DNA of 13,816 nucleotides, taken from positions 1-13,816 of the forward strand of contig JBEIQK010000080.1 of NCBI GenBank assembly GCA_040376505.1, in the 5' to 3' direction. Positions 1 to 7,614 of this stretch are shown here, in pieces. The stretch is from Alphaproteobacteria bacterium (GTDB lineage: Bacteria; Myxococcota_A; UBA796; UBA2385). The notes beneath the pieces are model-generated. The model was not told where the DNA came from. It worked only from the letters and a program-made list of their open reading frames with translations, and ran no database searches. Made by a program: the position numbers and the translations under genes. Each line of letters starts with the position of its first letter. Within the stretch, counting starts at the first letter, position 1.

Positions 1-1
1 C

Positions 2-154
2 GCCGACCTCCAAGATCTGATGCGACCGCGCAGCCTGCCAATCGGCCTCGGCCTCCTGGTCCTTCTGTGGACCATCAACAGCACGCCGCGCCTGTGGTCG
101 CTCCTCACCTTTGTCCTCCTGGCCCTCCTGTGGCGCCGCGGGAGCCGCTCATGA
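2..154 (+). CDS. 3' end of an upstream membrane-protein gene (partial, 5' end outside the window). The hydrophobic tail reads ...SLPIGLGLLVLLWTINSTPRLWSLLTFVLLALLWRRGSRS*
   Basis: Open frame from the window edge to a TGA at 152-154, with GC-rich third codon positions. The stop overlaps the ATG at 151 as ATGA. The peptide is strongly hydrophobic. The ORF track omits it because it has no start codon in the window. Confidence 0.4.
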   Translation, partial: ADLQDLMRPRSLPIGLGLLVLLWTINSTPRLWSLLTFVLLALLWRRGSRS

Positions 155-2382
155 TCGCCGCGCTCTTTGCCCTCCTCGGTTCGGTCGCCCTGGCCCAGGG
201 CGAGGCCGAGCTCCAGCAGGCCGCCGACGCCAATTTCGACGCCGTGATGATGCAGAACGAGGGCCAGGCCCTGGGCTATGTCAGCGGAGGCAACGCCGCC
301 GAGGCGCCGCCCCGGCCCGCGCCGCCGGTGTCGGATCCGGCGCCGGCCACCGAAGGCACCGTTCACCTGCCCCTGGCGCGCTACGACGCCCTGCGGGCCT
401 TGCTTGAACAGAGCGCTGCCCCCGCGCCCCAAACCGGCCTCGTGGTGCTGGGCTCCAGCAGCTACAGCGGGGAGGCCGTGCCCGGCGGCCTCTCCCTGCG
501 CCTGGAGCTGCAGATCACCCTGCGCGGGCCGGGGCGCTGGAAGACGGTGCCCCTGATCGGCGAAGAGGTGGCGGTGCGCTCGGCGCGCAGCCTGAACGGT
601 CCGATCGCGCTCGGTCACCAGTCGGGCTACCATGTCTGGGTCACCGACGCGGTGGGCGAGATCTCGCTCACCCTCGACCTCTTCGTGCCGGCCCGCGGGC
701 CGCGGGGCTCGCTGGAGTACGACTTTCTGGTCGCCCGCACGCCGATCACCCGCTTCGCCTGTCACTTCGACGCGGCCGGGCTGGAGCCTCGCCTCGAGAC
801 CGCCGTGCGGGCCGAGGTCACCGCCGGAGCCCAGGGCACCGACCTGATGGCCTGGCTCAATCCGACCAGCCGCATCCACCTTGTCGGCTTCAAGCAGCAG
901 AGCGAGAGCGCCGGGCTCACGGCCCGCCTCTACGCCGAGAGCCTGCACCTGCTCAGCCTGAGCGAAGATCGGGCCGATCTGTTCACGGTCATTCGCTACA
1001 ACATCCTGCAGGCCGGGGCCCAGCACTTCGACATCGCCATCCCGCCGGGCTGGAGCCTCGTCTCGGCCGAGGGAGCAGGCGGCCTGCGCGTCACCGCCGA
1101 GGCCCCCACCGCCGAGGGCACCCGCCTGCGCGGCGAGACGGCCTTCCCGATCCGCAGCGCCTACGAGATCTCCCTGCGCCTGGAGCGCGAGCTGCCCGAG
1201 CCCGGCGCGGAGCGCCTCTCCTTGTCGCCGCCCCAACCCCTGGGGGCCGAGCGGGAGTACGGCTGGATGGCCGTGGAGGCGGTGGGCAACCTGCGCGTCG
1301 AAGAAGAAGACCGCAGCGCCATCGCCGCGGTGGAGGTGCGCGAGCTGCCGCCCGAGATGGTGGAGAGCGCGGTGAGCCCGATACTGCGGGCCTGGCGCTA
1401 CCACCAGCCCGGCGCCCGCGTCTCCCTGCTGGCCACCCCCCTGCCCGAGAGCAAGCTGGCCAGCGGCTCGATCGACCGCCTGGAGGCCAGCACGGTGATC
1501 TCCCCCGAGGGCGGCTCGCTCACGGCCTTGCGGCTGGTGCTGCGCAACCGCCTGCGCCACAGCCTCGCCCTGCGCCTGCCCGGCGGGATGGTGGTCAAGT
1601 CCAGCCGCCTCGACGGCGAGCCCTTCACGCCCTCCCGGCGTGACGACGGCGCCCTGCTGGTGCCGCTGCGCCGTTCGGCCGGCGAGAACCGGCCCCGGCC
1701 CTTTGAGATCGAGCTGCTCCTGGCCGAGCAGCAGCCGGCCTTCTCGCTGCTCGGGGTCCGCAAGCCCCAACTGCCCACGGTGGAGCTGCCGGTCTCGGCG
1801 GTGGACTGGGAGCTTTGGGCCCCCGCCAACAACCGCTACTCGGCCCCCGACGGGGCGGTGCACAACGCCGCGGGGCCCGGCGCCCCTGCCCTCACCGTCG
1901 GCAGCACCCTGCCCCGCAACGGCACAGCCCTGCGCTACACCCGCAGCCACCTCGCCGCCGATCAGCACCTCGACGTCTCCTTCTGGTTCGCCCGGGGCTG
2001 GCTGCTGCTCCCCCTGCGCCTGCTCGCCGGGCTCGGCCTCCTGGCGCTGGGCGCCGCCCGCGGCCTCGCCACGCCACGGCGCCTCGCGGGGATGGTGCCC
2101 CTGGCCGGCCTGCTCTACCTGCTCGGCCACCGCGGCTGGATCGTCGCGCTGCCCCTCCTCGGCCTCGCCGGGGCGCGGCTGCGGGAGCTCGGCGTGGAGG
2201 GACTGCGGGCCGCCTTCTCCGCCGCCTTCGATCGCAGCGCCGAGCCCGCGCCGGGGAGCTGGCGGGCGGTGGGCTGGGGCGGCAAGCTCCTGCGCCTGGC
2301 GGTGGGGCTGCCCCTCGGTCTGGCCCTGCTGGGCGCGCTGCTCGACCTGCTGCGCACCGCCTTGCGCCCGGTGGGCGGCTGA
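151..2382 (+). CDS. Exported hypothetical protein (744 aa) with an N-terminal signal peptide and a C-terminal membrane anchor of several helices. Function unknown.
   Basis: The track ORF is 67-2382, but the in-frame ATG at 151 starts a classic signal peptide, MIAALFALLGSVALAQGEAEL. A GGGAG lies 6 nt upstream of it, and the ATG overlaps the upstream stop as ATGA. The last ~150 aa contain three or four hydrophobic helices (WLLLPLRLLAGLGLLALGAA..., MVPLAGLLYLLG..WIVALPLLGLAG, LLRLAVGLPLGLALLGALLDLL). High GC3 codon usage is maintained throughout. I recognise no catalytic motif. Confidence 0.7.
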   Translation: MIAALFALLGSVALAQGEAELQQAADANFDAVMMQNEGQALGYVSGGNAAEAPPRPAPPVSDPAPATEGTVHLPLARYDALRALLEQSAAPAPQTGLVVLGSSSYSGEAVPGGLSLRLELQITLRGPGRWKTVPLIGEEVAVRSARSLNGPIALGHQSGYHVWVTDAVGEISLTLDLFVPARGPRGSLEYDFLVARTPITRFACHFDAAGLEPRLETAVRAEVTAGAQGTDLMAWLNPTSRIHLVGFKQQSESAGLTARLYAESLHLLSLSEDRADLFTVIRYNILQAGAQHFDIAIPPGWSLVSAEGAGGLRVTAEAPTAEGTRLRGETAFPIRSAYEISLRLERELPEPGAERLSLSPPQPLGAEREYGWMAVEAVGNLRVEEEDRSAIAAVEVRELPPEMVESAVSPILRAWRYHQPGARVSLLATPLPESKLASGSIDRLEASTVISPEGGSLTALRLVLRNRLRHSLALRLPGGMVVKSSRLDGEPFTPSRRDDGALLVPLRRSAGENRPRPFEIELLLAEQQPAFSLLGVRKPQLPTVELPVSAVDWELWAPANNRYSAPDGAVHNAAGPGAPALTVGSTLPRNGTALRYTRSHLAADQHLDVSFWFARGWLLLPLRLLAGLGLLALGAARGLATPRRLAGMVPLAGLLYLLGHRGWIVALPLLGLAGARLRELGVEGLRAAFSAAFDRSAEPAPGSWRAVGWGGKLLRLAVGLPLGLALLGALLDLLRTALRPVGG

Positions 2383-2431
2383 GGGAGATACAGCAGCGCC
2401 CCCGTGCGTGGAGGATTCCGTGGCCCGCTAC

Positions 2432-2905
2432 ATGACCCTCGAAGGCTTTCAGGCGATTCAGGCCGAGCTCGACCGCCTGTGGAGCAAGGAGCGGCCCGAT
2501 GTGGTCGCCCAGGTCACGGCCGCCGCCGAGATGGGAGATCGCTCGGAGAACGCCGAGTACATCTACGGAAAAAAGCGCCTGCGCGAGATCGACAGCCGCC
2601 TGCGCTACCTCGGCAAGAAGGTGGAGGGCGTCACGGTGGTGAACCTCGCCGAGCAGGTGACGAGCCCGGTGGTCAAGTTCGGCGCGGTGGTGGTGGTCGA
2701 AGACGAGGACGGCGAAGAGAAGACCTGGCGCCTCGTGGATCAGGACGAGGCCGACGTGGCCCGGCGCCGCATCAGCGTGCAATCCCCGATCGGCAGGGCC
2801 TTATTGGGCAAGCGGGTGGGGGATGTCGTGGAGATCGACCTGCCCCGGGGGCGCACCTCGCTGGAGCTGCGCGGCCTGCGCTATGGGCCGGGGGAACCGG
2901 GCTAA
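2432..2905 (+). CDS. greB: Transcription elongation (transcript cleavage) factor of the GreB type in the GreA/GreB family
   Basis: Translation [60 protein letters not shown]...[18 protein letters not shown] matches E. coli GreB almost residue for residue ([35 protein letters not shown] ... SPMARALLKKEVGD). At 157 aa it has the expected length. The first 790 nt of track ORF 1640-2905 are a P/A/R-rich out-of-frame artefact overlapping the previous gene. In-frame GTG codons at 2420 and 2408 are alternative starts. A GGAGGA lies at 2411-2416. Confidence 0.9.
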   Translation: [157 protein letters not shown]

Positions 2906-2952
2906 ACCGTCTTTCTGCAATCGACATGGGGAGGGCCCCCCCGAAAGATCGG

Positions 2953-2971
2953 CGACCTGTGCTACAGGTCG
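2953..2971 (+). terminator. Perfect GC-rich hairpin (8-bp stem CGACCTGT/ACAGGTCG, 3-nt loop) about 50 nt after the greB stop, followed by GGGGGG rather than a U-tract. Candidate terminator or RNA-stability hairpin.
   Basis: The sequence cgacctgt-gct-acaggtcg is read directly from the window. There is no T-run downstream, so it is not a canonical intrinsic terminator. High-GC bacteria often use U-less hairpins. Confidence 0.3.
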
Positions 2972-2998
2972 GGGGGCTTGATTCCGACAGGAGATTCG

Positions 2999-3012
2999 CT
3001 GACCTCGGTCAG
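2999..3012. promoter_or_regulatory. 14-bp palindrome CTGACC-tc-GGTCAG, 76 nt upstream of the aer-like start. Candidate operator or protein-binding site.
   Basis: Perfect inverted repeat with 6-bp arms, read directly. It sits in the only sizeable intergenic region of the window (2906-3087). I could not place a convincing -35/-10 pair. The TTGACC at 3053-3058 has no good -10 partner. Confidence 0.2.
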
Positions 3013-3087
3013 GCGGCCCACACTTCCCCTTGGATTCAGGCGGCGTGTGTCCGTTGACCCGGTCCACCAGACAAGGAAGCCCCGCCC

Positions 3088-4605
3088 ATGCGCAACAACG
3101 GTCCGGTCACCCAACGGGAAGTCCCCTTCGGCGATGACGATCTGATCATCTCCCGCACCGACCTCAAGGGCCTGATCACCTTCGTCAACCCCACCTTCAT
3201 CCGCATCTCGGGCTTCACCTGGGAGGAGCTGCAAGGAAAGCCGCACAACATGGTGCGGCACCCCGACATGCCGACGGAGGCCTTCGCCGACCTCTGGGCC
3301 ACGGTGAAGAGCGGCCGGCCCTGGACCGGCATGGTGAAGAACCGCTGCAAGAACGGCGACCACTACTGGGTCTTCGCCGATGTGACCCCGCTGCGGCAGG
3401 ACGGGCAGGTGGTGGGCTACGTCTCGGTGCGCTCCAAGCCCACGCGCGAGCAGGTGCGCGACGCCGAGGCGCTCTACGCCCGGCTGCGACTGGGACAGGG
3501 CCCCAAGCGAGACCTCGCCTGGTTCCTGAACAATGTGCAAGCCGGCAGCTTGATGACCGGCACCACCCTCCTCGCCGGCGCCGCCGCCATCGCCAGCCTC
3601 GCCGGGGCGCCGATCCCCGCCGCCCTCTGCGCCGCCGGCGCCGCTGCGCTGAGCCTGTGGACCCGCAGCCGCACCCTGGAGCCCCTGCGCGAGCTGGAGG
3701 CGGCCCTGCTCACCGGCGGGCCGGAGTCGCGCCTCGAGAACCTGCGCAAAGACGAGGTGGGGCGCGCCAGCGCCGCCTACAACGTGTCCAGCGGTCGCTT
3801 CAACCGCGTCATCCGCGAGCTGGCCCGCACCAGCCGCGTCCTGGTCGATGAGGCGGCCCGGGTCTCGGCGGCGGCCGAGGAGATGAGCACCACCACCATG
3901 CACATCGCCCAGAGCTCCGAGCGACAGAAGGAGCGGGTGGAGACCCTGGCCAACGCCATGCAGTCGCTCACCGCGGCGATCGAGCAGGTGGCGATTCACG
4001 CCCGGGCCAGCGAAGAGCGGGCTGGCCTCGCCTACCGCACCACCCAGGAAGGCGAGCAGCGCGGCAACGAGCTCACCCGCAGCATCGGCGAGATCCGCAC
4101 CAGCACGATGAGCATGGTCTCGGCGGTCGACACAATTCACGATCTGGCCAGCCAGACCGGCCTCCTCTCCCTCAACGCCACGATTGAGGCGGCCCGCGCC
4201 GGTGAGGTGGGCAAGGGCTTCGCCGTCGTCGCCGCCGAGGTGCGCAAGCTGGCCGAGCGCTCTTCGGGGGCTGGCACCGAGATCCAAAGCCTGATCGAGC
4301 GCTGCGACACGGCGGTGGCCCAGGGGGTGCAGACCAGCCGGGCCACGGTCGACGACTGGAAGGGCGTGCGCGAAAAGGTGAGCGAGGTCGATCAGATGAC
4401 CCGGGAGATCAGCCGCACCACCCAGCTCCAGGCACAAACCACCAGCGACGTGGCCCGCCAGATCGCCGCCAGCAGCGAAGACATCGCCTCGGGCGCCACC
4501 GCCTCCAACCAGATGGCCTCGGCCGCCTCGGAGATCGCCCGCACCGCCGCCACCCTGGAGGATGTCTCGCGCGGCCTGCTGCTGACGGTTGAGCAATTCG
4601 CCTGA
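3088..4605 (+). CDS. aer: Aer-like aerotaxis / energy-taxis transducer: N-terminal FAD-binding PAS domain, membrane hairpin, HAMP domain and methyl-accepting chemotaxis protein (MCP) signalling domain
   Basis: The N-terminus [89 protein letters not shown] is nearly colinear with the E. coli Aer PAS domain (..[48 protein letters not shown]). A hydrophobic hairpin follows ([37 protein letters not shown]). The canonical MCP signalling core [34 protein letters not shown] is present. At 505 aa it compares with 506 aa for E. coli Aer. A good RBS, AAGGAAG, lies 8 nt upstream of the ATG. Confidence 0.9.
   Translation: MRNNGPVTQREVPFGDDDLIISRTDLKGLITFVNPTFIRISGFTWEELQGKPHNMVRHPDMPTEAFADLWATVKSGRPWTGMVKNRCKNGDHYWVFADVTPLRQDGQVVGYVSVRSKPTREQVRDAEALYARLRLGQGPKRDLAWFLNNVQAGSLMTGTTLLAGAAAIASLAGAPIPAALCAAGAAALSLWTRSRTLEPLRELEAALLTGGPESRLENLRKDEVGRASAAYNVSSGRFNRVIRELARTSRVLVDEAARVSAAAEEMSTTTMHIAQSSERQKERVETLANAMQSLTAAIEQVAIHARASEERAGLAYRTTQEGEQRGNELTRSIGEIRTSTMSMVSAVDTIHDLASQTGLLSLNATIEAARAGEVGKGFAVVAAEVRKLAERSSGAGTEIQSLIERCDTAVAQGVQTSRATVDDWKGVREKVSEVDQMTREISRTTQLQAQTTSDVARQIAASSEDIASGATASNQMASAASEIARTAATLEDVSRGLLLTVEQFA
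3127..3448 (+). other. PAS (FAD-binding, Aer-type) domain region of the transducer
   Basis: Contains the conserved NMVRHPDMP and [14 protein letters not shown] blocks typical of Aer PAS-FAD sensors. Confidence 0.8.
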
Positions 4606-4654
4606 TCGATGGTGTGTTGCAATGATACCAGGGGGCCCGCGTAGCGGAGTCCTC

Positions 4655-5446
4655 ATGGATTCACCCCTCCTCCTCGCCCTGCTGGCGCCCCCCACTGTGG
4701 CCTACACCATCCTGTTGGCGCTCTGCGCGCTCTACTGGTCGATGGTGATCATCGGCGTGGCCGATCTCGACGGCTCCGATGGCGCCAGCCACGGCGTTGA
4801 AGGGCTGGTGGGCGCCGCCAAGGGCAGCGGCGAGGCCCTCGACGGCATCGTCGGCGTCGCCAAAGGCAGCGGCGAGGTCCTCGATGGGGCCATCGGCGCC
4901 GCCAAGGGTGCCCACGCCGATCTCGGCGATGTGGGCGTGTTCAGCAAGGTCTTCAGCGCCTGGCGGGTGCGCGGCGTGCCGGTCACAGTCTCGCTCAGCC
5001 TGCTGGCCTTGGCCGGCCTCTTCCTCAGCACGTTGCTGCTCGATCTTCTCCGCCCCCTGCTGCCCAGCCTTGGCGCCCAGGCGGCGGCGGGGATCGGCTC
5101 GCTCCTCGGCGGCGGCGCCTTCGCCCGCCTCGCCGCGAGCCCCCTCGCCGGCTTCTTCGAGGTCCGCCATGGCACCCGGCGGGCCGCCCTGCTCGGCCAG
5201 ACCGCCACCCTCGCCACCGGCTGGGTCAACGCCGAATTTGGCCAGGCCGAGCTCAAAGACGGCGGCGCCGGCCTGCTGCTGGCGGTGCGCTTTGACCAGC
5301 CCAATGACCTCAAGAAGGGCGACCCCGTGCTGCTGGTTCACTATGACACCGCCCGCCAGGCCTACATCGTCGAGCCTTTGCACCCACCCTCCCCCGCCGC
5401 TTCGGCCACCCCCCTCCGCACCCCACCCCAACGGGAGCTCTCATGA
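4655..5446 (+). CDS. NfeD/YqiJ-like inner-membrane protein with a C-terminal OB-fold, the usual partner of flotillin/SPFH proteins
   Basis: The track ORF starts at 4589, but the ATG at 4655 has a GGAG 6 nt upstream and begins a TM helix (MDSPLLLALLAPPTVAYTILLALCALYWSMVIIGV). A second TM helix follows (VTVSLSLLALAGLFLSTLLLDLL). The C-terminal soluble beta-rich segment GQTATLATGWVNAEFGQAELKDGGAGLLLAVRFDQPNDLKKGDPVLLVHYDTARQAYIVEPL has the glycine/valine pattern of NfeD-type OB domains. Its stop (TGA 5444-5446) overlaps the flotillin ATG (5443) as ATGA. The same gene order occurs in yqiJ-yqiK and yuaF-floT. Confidence 0.75.
   Translation: MDSPLLLALLAPPTVAYTILLALCALYWSMVIIGVADLDGSDGASHGVEGLVGAAKGSGEALDGIVGVAKGSGEVLDGAIGAAKGAHADLGDVGVFSKVFSAWRVRGVPVTVSLSLLALAGLFLSTLLLDLLRPLLPSLGAQAAAGIGSLLGGGAFARLAASPLAGFFEVRHGTRRAALLGQTATLATGWVNAEFGQAELKDGGAGLLLAVRFDQPNDLKKGDPVLLVHYDTARQAYIVEPLHPPSPAASATPLRTPPQRELS
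4808..4933 (+). repeat. Three in-frame tandem copies of a 42-nt / 14-aa unit inside the NfeD-like gene (VGAAKGSGEALDGI / VGVAKGSGEVLDGA / IGAAKGAHADLGDV)
   Basis: The repeat is visible in both nucleotide and protein sequence. It lies between the first and second TM segments. Confidence 0.6.
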
Positions 5447-7614
5447 GTCTTGAACTTGTCGCTGTCCTCATCATCTTCTCGGCGCTGCTGCTGGTCGGCA
5501 TCGGCGTGTTGGTCGCCCGCTGCTACCGCCAGGTAGAGCAGGGCCAGGCCCTCATCATCAACAAGATGAGCGGCGAGCCCGTGGTGACCTTTGGCGGCGC
5601 GGTGGTGTACCCGATCATCAACAAGGCCGAGGTGATGAACATCTCGGTAAAGACAATCGAGATCGAGCGCCGCGGCCAGGAGGGCTTGATCTGCAAAGAC
5701 AACATCCGCGCCGACATCAAGGTCACCTTCTTCGTCCGGGTCAACAAGACCGTCGAAGACGTGCTCAAGGTCGCCCAGGCCATCGGCTGCGAGCGGGCCA
5801 GCGACCAGAACACCCTCGAAGCGCTCTTTGTCGCCAAGTTCTCCGAGGCCTTGAAGACGGTCGGCAAGCGGCTTGAGTTTGAAGAGCTCTACACCCAGCG
5901 CGACAACTTCAAGGATCAGATCATCGAGGTCATCGGCCGCGACCTCAACGGCTATGTCCTCGAAGACGCCGCGATCGACTTCCTTGAACAGACCCCCCTG
6001 TCCAAGCTCGACAAGGAGAACATCCTCGACGCGCAGGGCATCCGCAAGATCACCGAGATCACCACCCAGCAGAACGTGAAGACCAACGACCTTCGCCAGA
6101 CCGAGCGCAAGGCCCTGGGAAAACAGAACCTGGAGGCCGACGAGGCGGTGATGGAGCTCGAGAAGCGCCGGGCCGACGCCGCCGCCCGCCAGAAGCGCGA
6201 GATCGACTCGATCCAGTCGCGGGAGTCCAATGAGGCCGCCCGGGTGAAGACCGAAGAAGAGAAGAAGGCCAAGATCGCCGCCGTGAAGGCCGATGAGGAG
6301 CTCAAGCTCACCGAAGTGGCCCGGGCCCGCCAGATCGAGATCGCCGAGAAGGACCGCCAGCGCGTCATCGCCATCAAGTCCGAGCAGGTCGAGAAGGACC
6401 GCCAGCTCGAAGTGCTGGTGCGCGAGCGCGAGGTGGAGCTCAACCGCATCGACAAAGACAAGGCCCTCGAAAAAGAGCGCAAGGAGATCGCCGATGTGGT
6501 GCGCGGCCGCATCGTCGTCGACCGGGCGGTGGCCGAAGAAGAGGAGCGCATCAAGACCCTGCGCACCAACGCCGAGGCCGAGCGCAAGAAGCAGGTGACC
6601 ATCATCGCCGCCGACGCGGCGGCCACCGAGAAGCTGGTGGCCCAGATCAAGGGCGCCGAGGCCAGCGAGAAGGCCTCCGAGCACAAGGCCCGCGAGCGCA
6701 TCACCCTGGCCAACGCCGCCCTCGACGCCGCCACCAAGGAGAGCCAGGCCAAGGTGCGCTTGTCGGAGGGCATGGCCGCCGAGGCCGCCACGCCCGGCAT
6801 CGCCGAGGCCCGCGGCAAGGAGGCCCTGGCCCAGGCCTACAAGAAGCAGGGCTTGATCGAAGCCCGCGTCACCCGCGAGAAGATGCTGGCCGAGGCCGAG
6901 GGCTCCGAGAAGAAGGGCCTCGCCGAGCTGCGTGTGCGCGAGGCCGCCATCTCCCTCGAAGAGCGCGAGGGTGCCGTCAAGGCCGGCATCACCACCGCCG
7001 TCGGCAACGCCGAGTCCGAGTCCCTGCGCTCCCGCATGTTCGCCGAGGCCGCCGGTCGCGAAGCCGGCGCCGTGGCCATCGAGAAGGTCGCCCTGGCCGA
7101 GGCCCGCGGTATCCAGGAGAAGATGCGCGCCGAGGCCGTGGGTCTGTCGGAGAAGCTCACTGCGATGAAGCAGATGGAGGGGGCAGCCCGGGCCCACGAG
7201 GAATTCCGCCTCACCCTGGAGAAGGACCGCGCCGTGCAGCTCGCCACCGTGGACGCGCGCATCAAGATGGCCGAGGCCCAGGCCCGGATCCTGGCCACCG
7301 CCTTCGAGCACGCCCAGATCAAGATCGTCGGCGGCGAGAGCGCCTTCATCAACCAGTTCACCCGCGCCGCCGCCTTTGGTGAGACGGTGGAGGGGGTGAT
7401 GGATCAGTCGCCGGTGGTCAAGCAGATCGTCGAAGGTGTGATGGAGGGCGGCCCGGTGAGCGACACGCTGAAGACCGCGAGCCTCGCCGCCCTGCTCACC
7501 CGCTTCATCCAGGGCAGCGAGGGCCCCGCCAAGGAGAAGCTCGAGCAGCTCCTCGACAAGGCCCGCAAGCTCGGCGTGGACACCGTGACCGGTGGTGTTG
7601 ACCATGTCCGCTGA
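5443..7614 (+). CDS. Flotillin-family SPFH/band-7 protein (YqiK/FloT-like), 723 aa, with an N-terminal TM helix, an SPFH domain and a very long E/A/K/R-rich coiled-coil tail
   Basis: An N-terminal TM helix (LVAVLIIFSALLLVGIGVLVA) is followed by an SPFH core (ALIINKMSGEPVVTFGGAVVYPIINKAEVMNISVKTIEIERRGQEGLICKDNIRADIKVTFFVRVNK...LEFEELYTQRDNFKDQIIEVIGRDLNGYVLEDAAIDF). About 450 aa of heptad-like EA/KR repeats follow, as in flotillins (KAKIAAVKADEELKLTEVARARQIEIAEKDRQRVIAIKSEQVEKDRQLEVLVREREVELNRIDKDKALEKERKEIAD...). The start overlaps the NfeD-like stop. A GGGAG lies 5 nt upstream. Confidence 0.9.
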   Translation: MSLELVAVLIIFSALLLVGIGVLVARCYRQVEQGQALIINKMSGEPVVTFGGAVVYPIINKAEVMNISVKTIEIERRGQEGLICKDNIRADIKVTFFVRVNKTVEDVLKVAQAIGCERASDQNTLEALFVAKFSEALKTVGKRLEFEELYTQRDNFKDQIIEVIGRDLNGYVLEDAAIDFLEQTPLSKLDKENILDAQGIRKITEITTQQNVKTNDLRQTERKALGKQNLEADEAVMELEKRRADAAARQKREIDSIQSRESNEAARVKTEEEKKAKIAAVKADEELKLTEVARARQIEIAEKDRQRVIAIKSEQVEKDRQLEVLVREREVELNRIDKDKALEKERKEIADVVRGRIVVDRAVAEEEERIKTLRTNAEAERKKQVTIIAADAAATEKLVAQIKGAEASEKASEHKARERITLANAALDAATKESQAKVRLSEGMAAEAATPGIAEARGKEALAQAYKKQGLIEARVTREKMLAEAEGSEKKGLAELRVREAAISLEEREGAVKAGITTAVGNAESESLRSRMFAEAAGREAGAVAIEKVALAEARGIQEKMRAEAVGLSEKLTAMKQMEGAARAHEEFRLTLEKDRAVQLATVDARIKMAEAQARILATAFEHAQIKIVGGESAFINQFTRAAAFGETVEGVMDQSPVVKQIVEGVMEGGPVSDTLKTASLAALLTRFIQGSEGPAKEKLEQLLDKARKLGVDTVTGGVDHVR

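Noticed and set aside
67-150. 5' extension of the first large ORF to the ATG at 67 (MDHQQHAAPVVAPHLCPPGPP...)
   Set aside because: The extension is proline-rich and overlaps the upstream gene's hydrophobic C-terminus in another frame. The ATG at 151 begins a textbook signal peptide, has a GGGAG RBS and forms an ATGA overlap with the upstream stop.
1640-2431. N-terminal 264 residues of track ORF 1640-2905 (P/A/R/S/C-rich)
   Set aside because: This frame overlaps the 744-aa gene out of frame and reads as compositional nonsense. Only the last 157 residues (GreB) are real. The gene starts at 2432, or at the GTG codons at 2420/2408.
2926-3057. 44-aa ORF inside the greB-aer intergenic region (MGRAPPKDRRPVLQVGGLDSDRRF...)
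   Set aside because: No RBS and poor codon bias, and it spans the hairpin and palindrome that look regulatory. More likely non-coding 3'/5' UTR.
4589-4654. Upstream ATG at 4589 for the NfeD-like gene ([22 protein letters not shown]...)
   Set aside because: It would overlap the aer stop region, has no RBS, and adds a non-hydrophobic leader ahead of the first TM helix. The ATG at 4655 with GGAG 6 nt upstream is more plausible. This is not certain.
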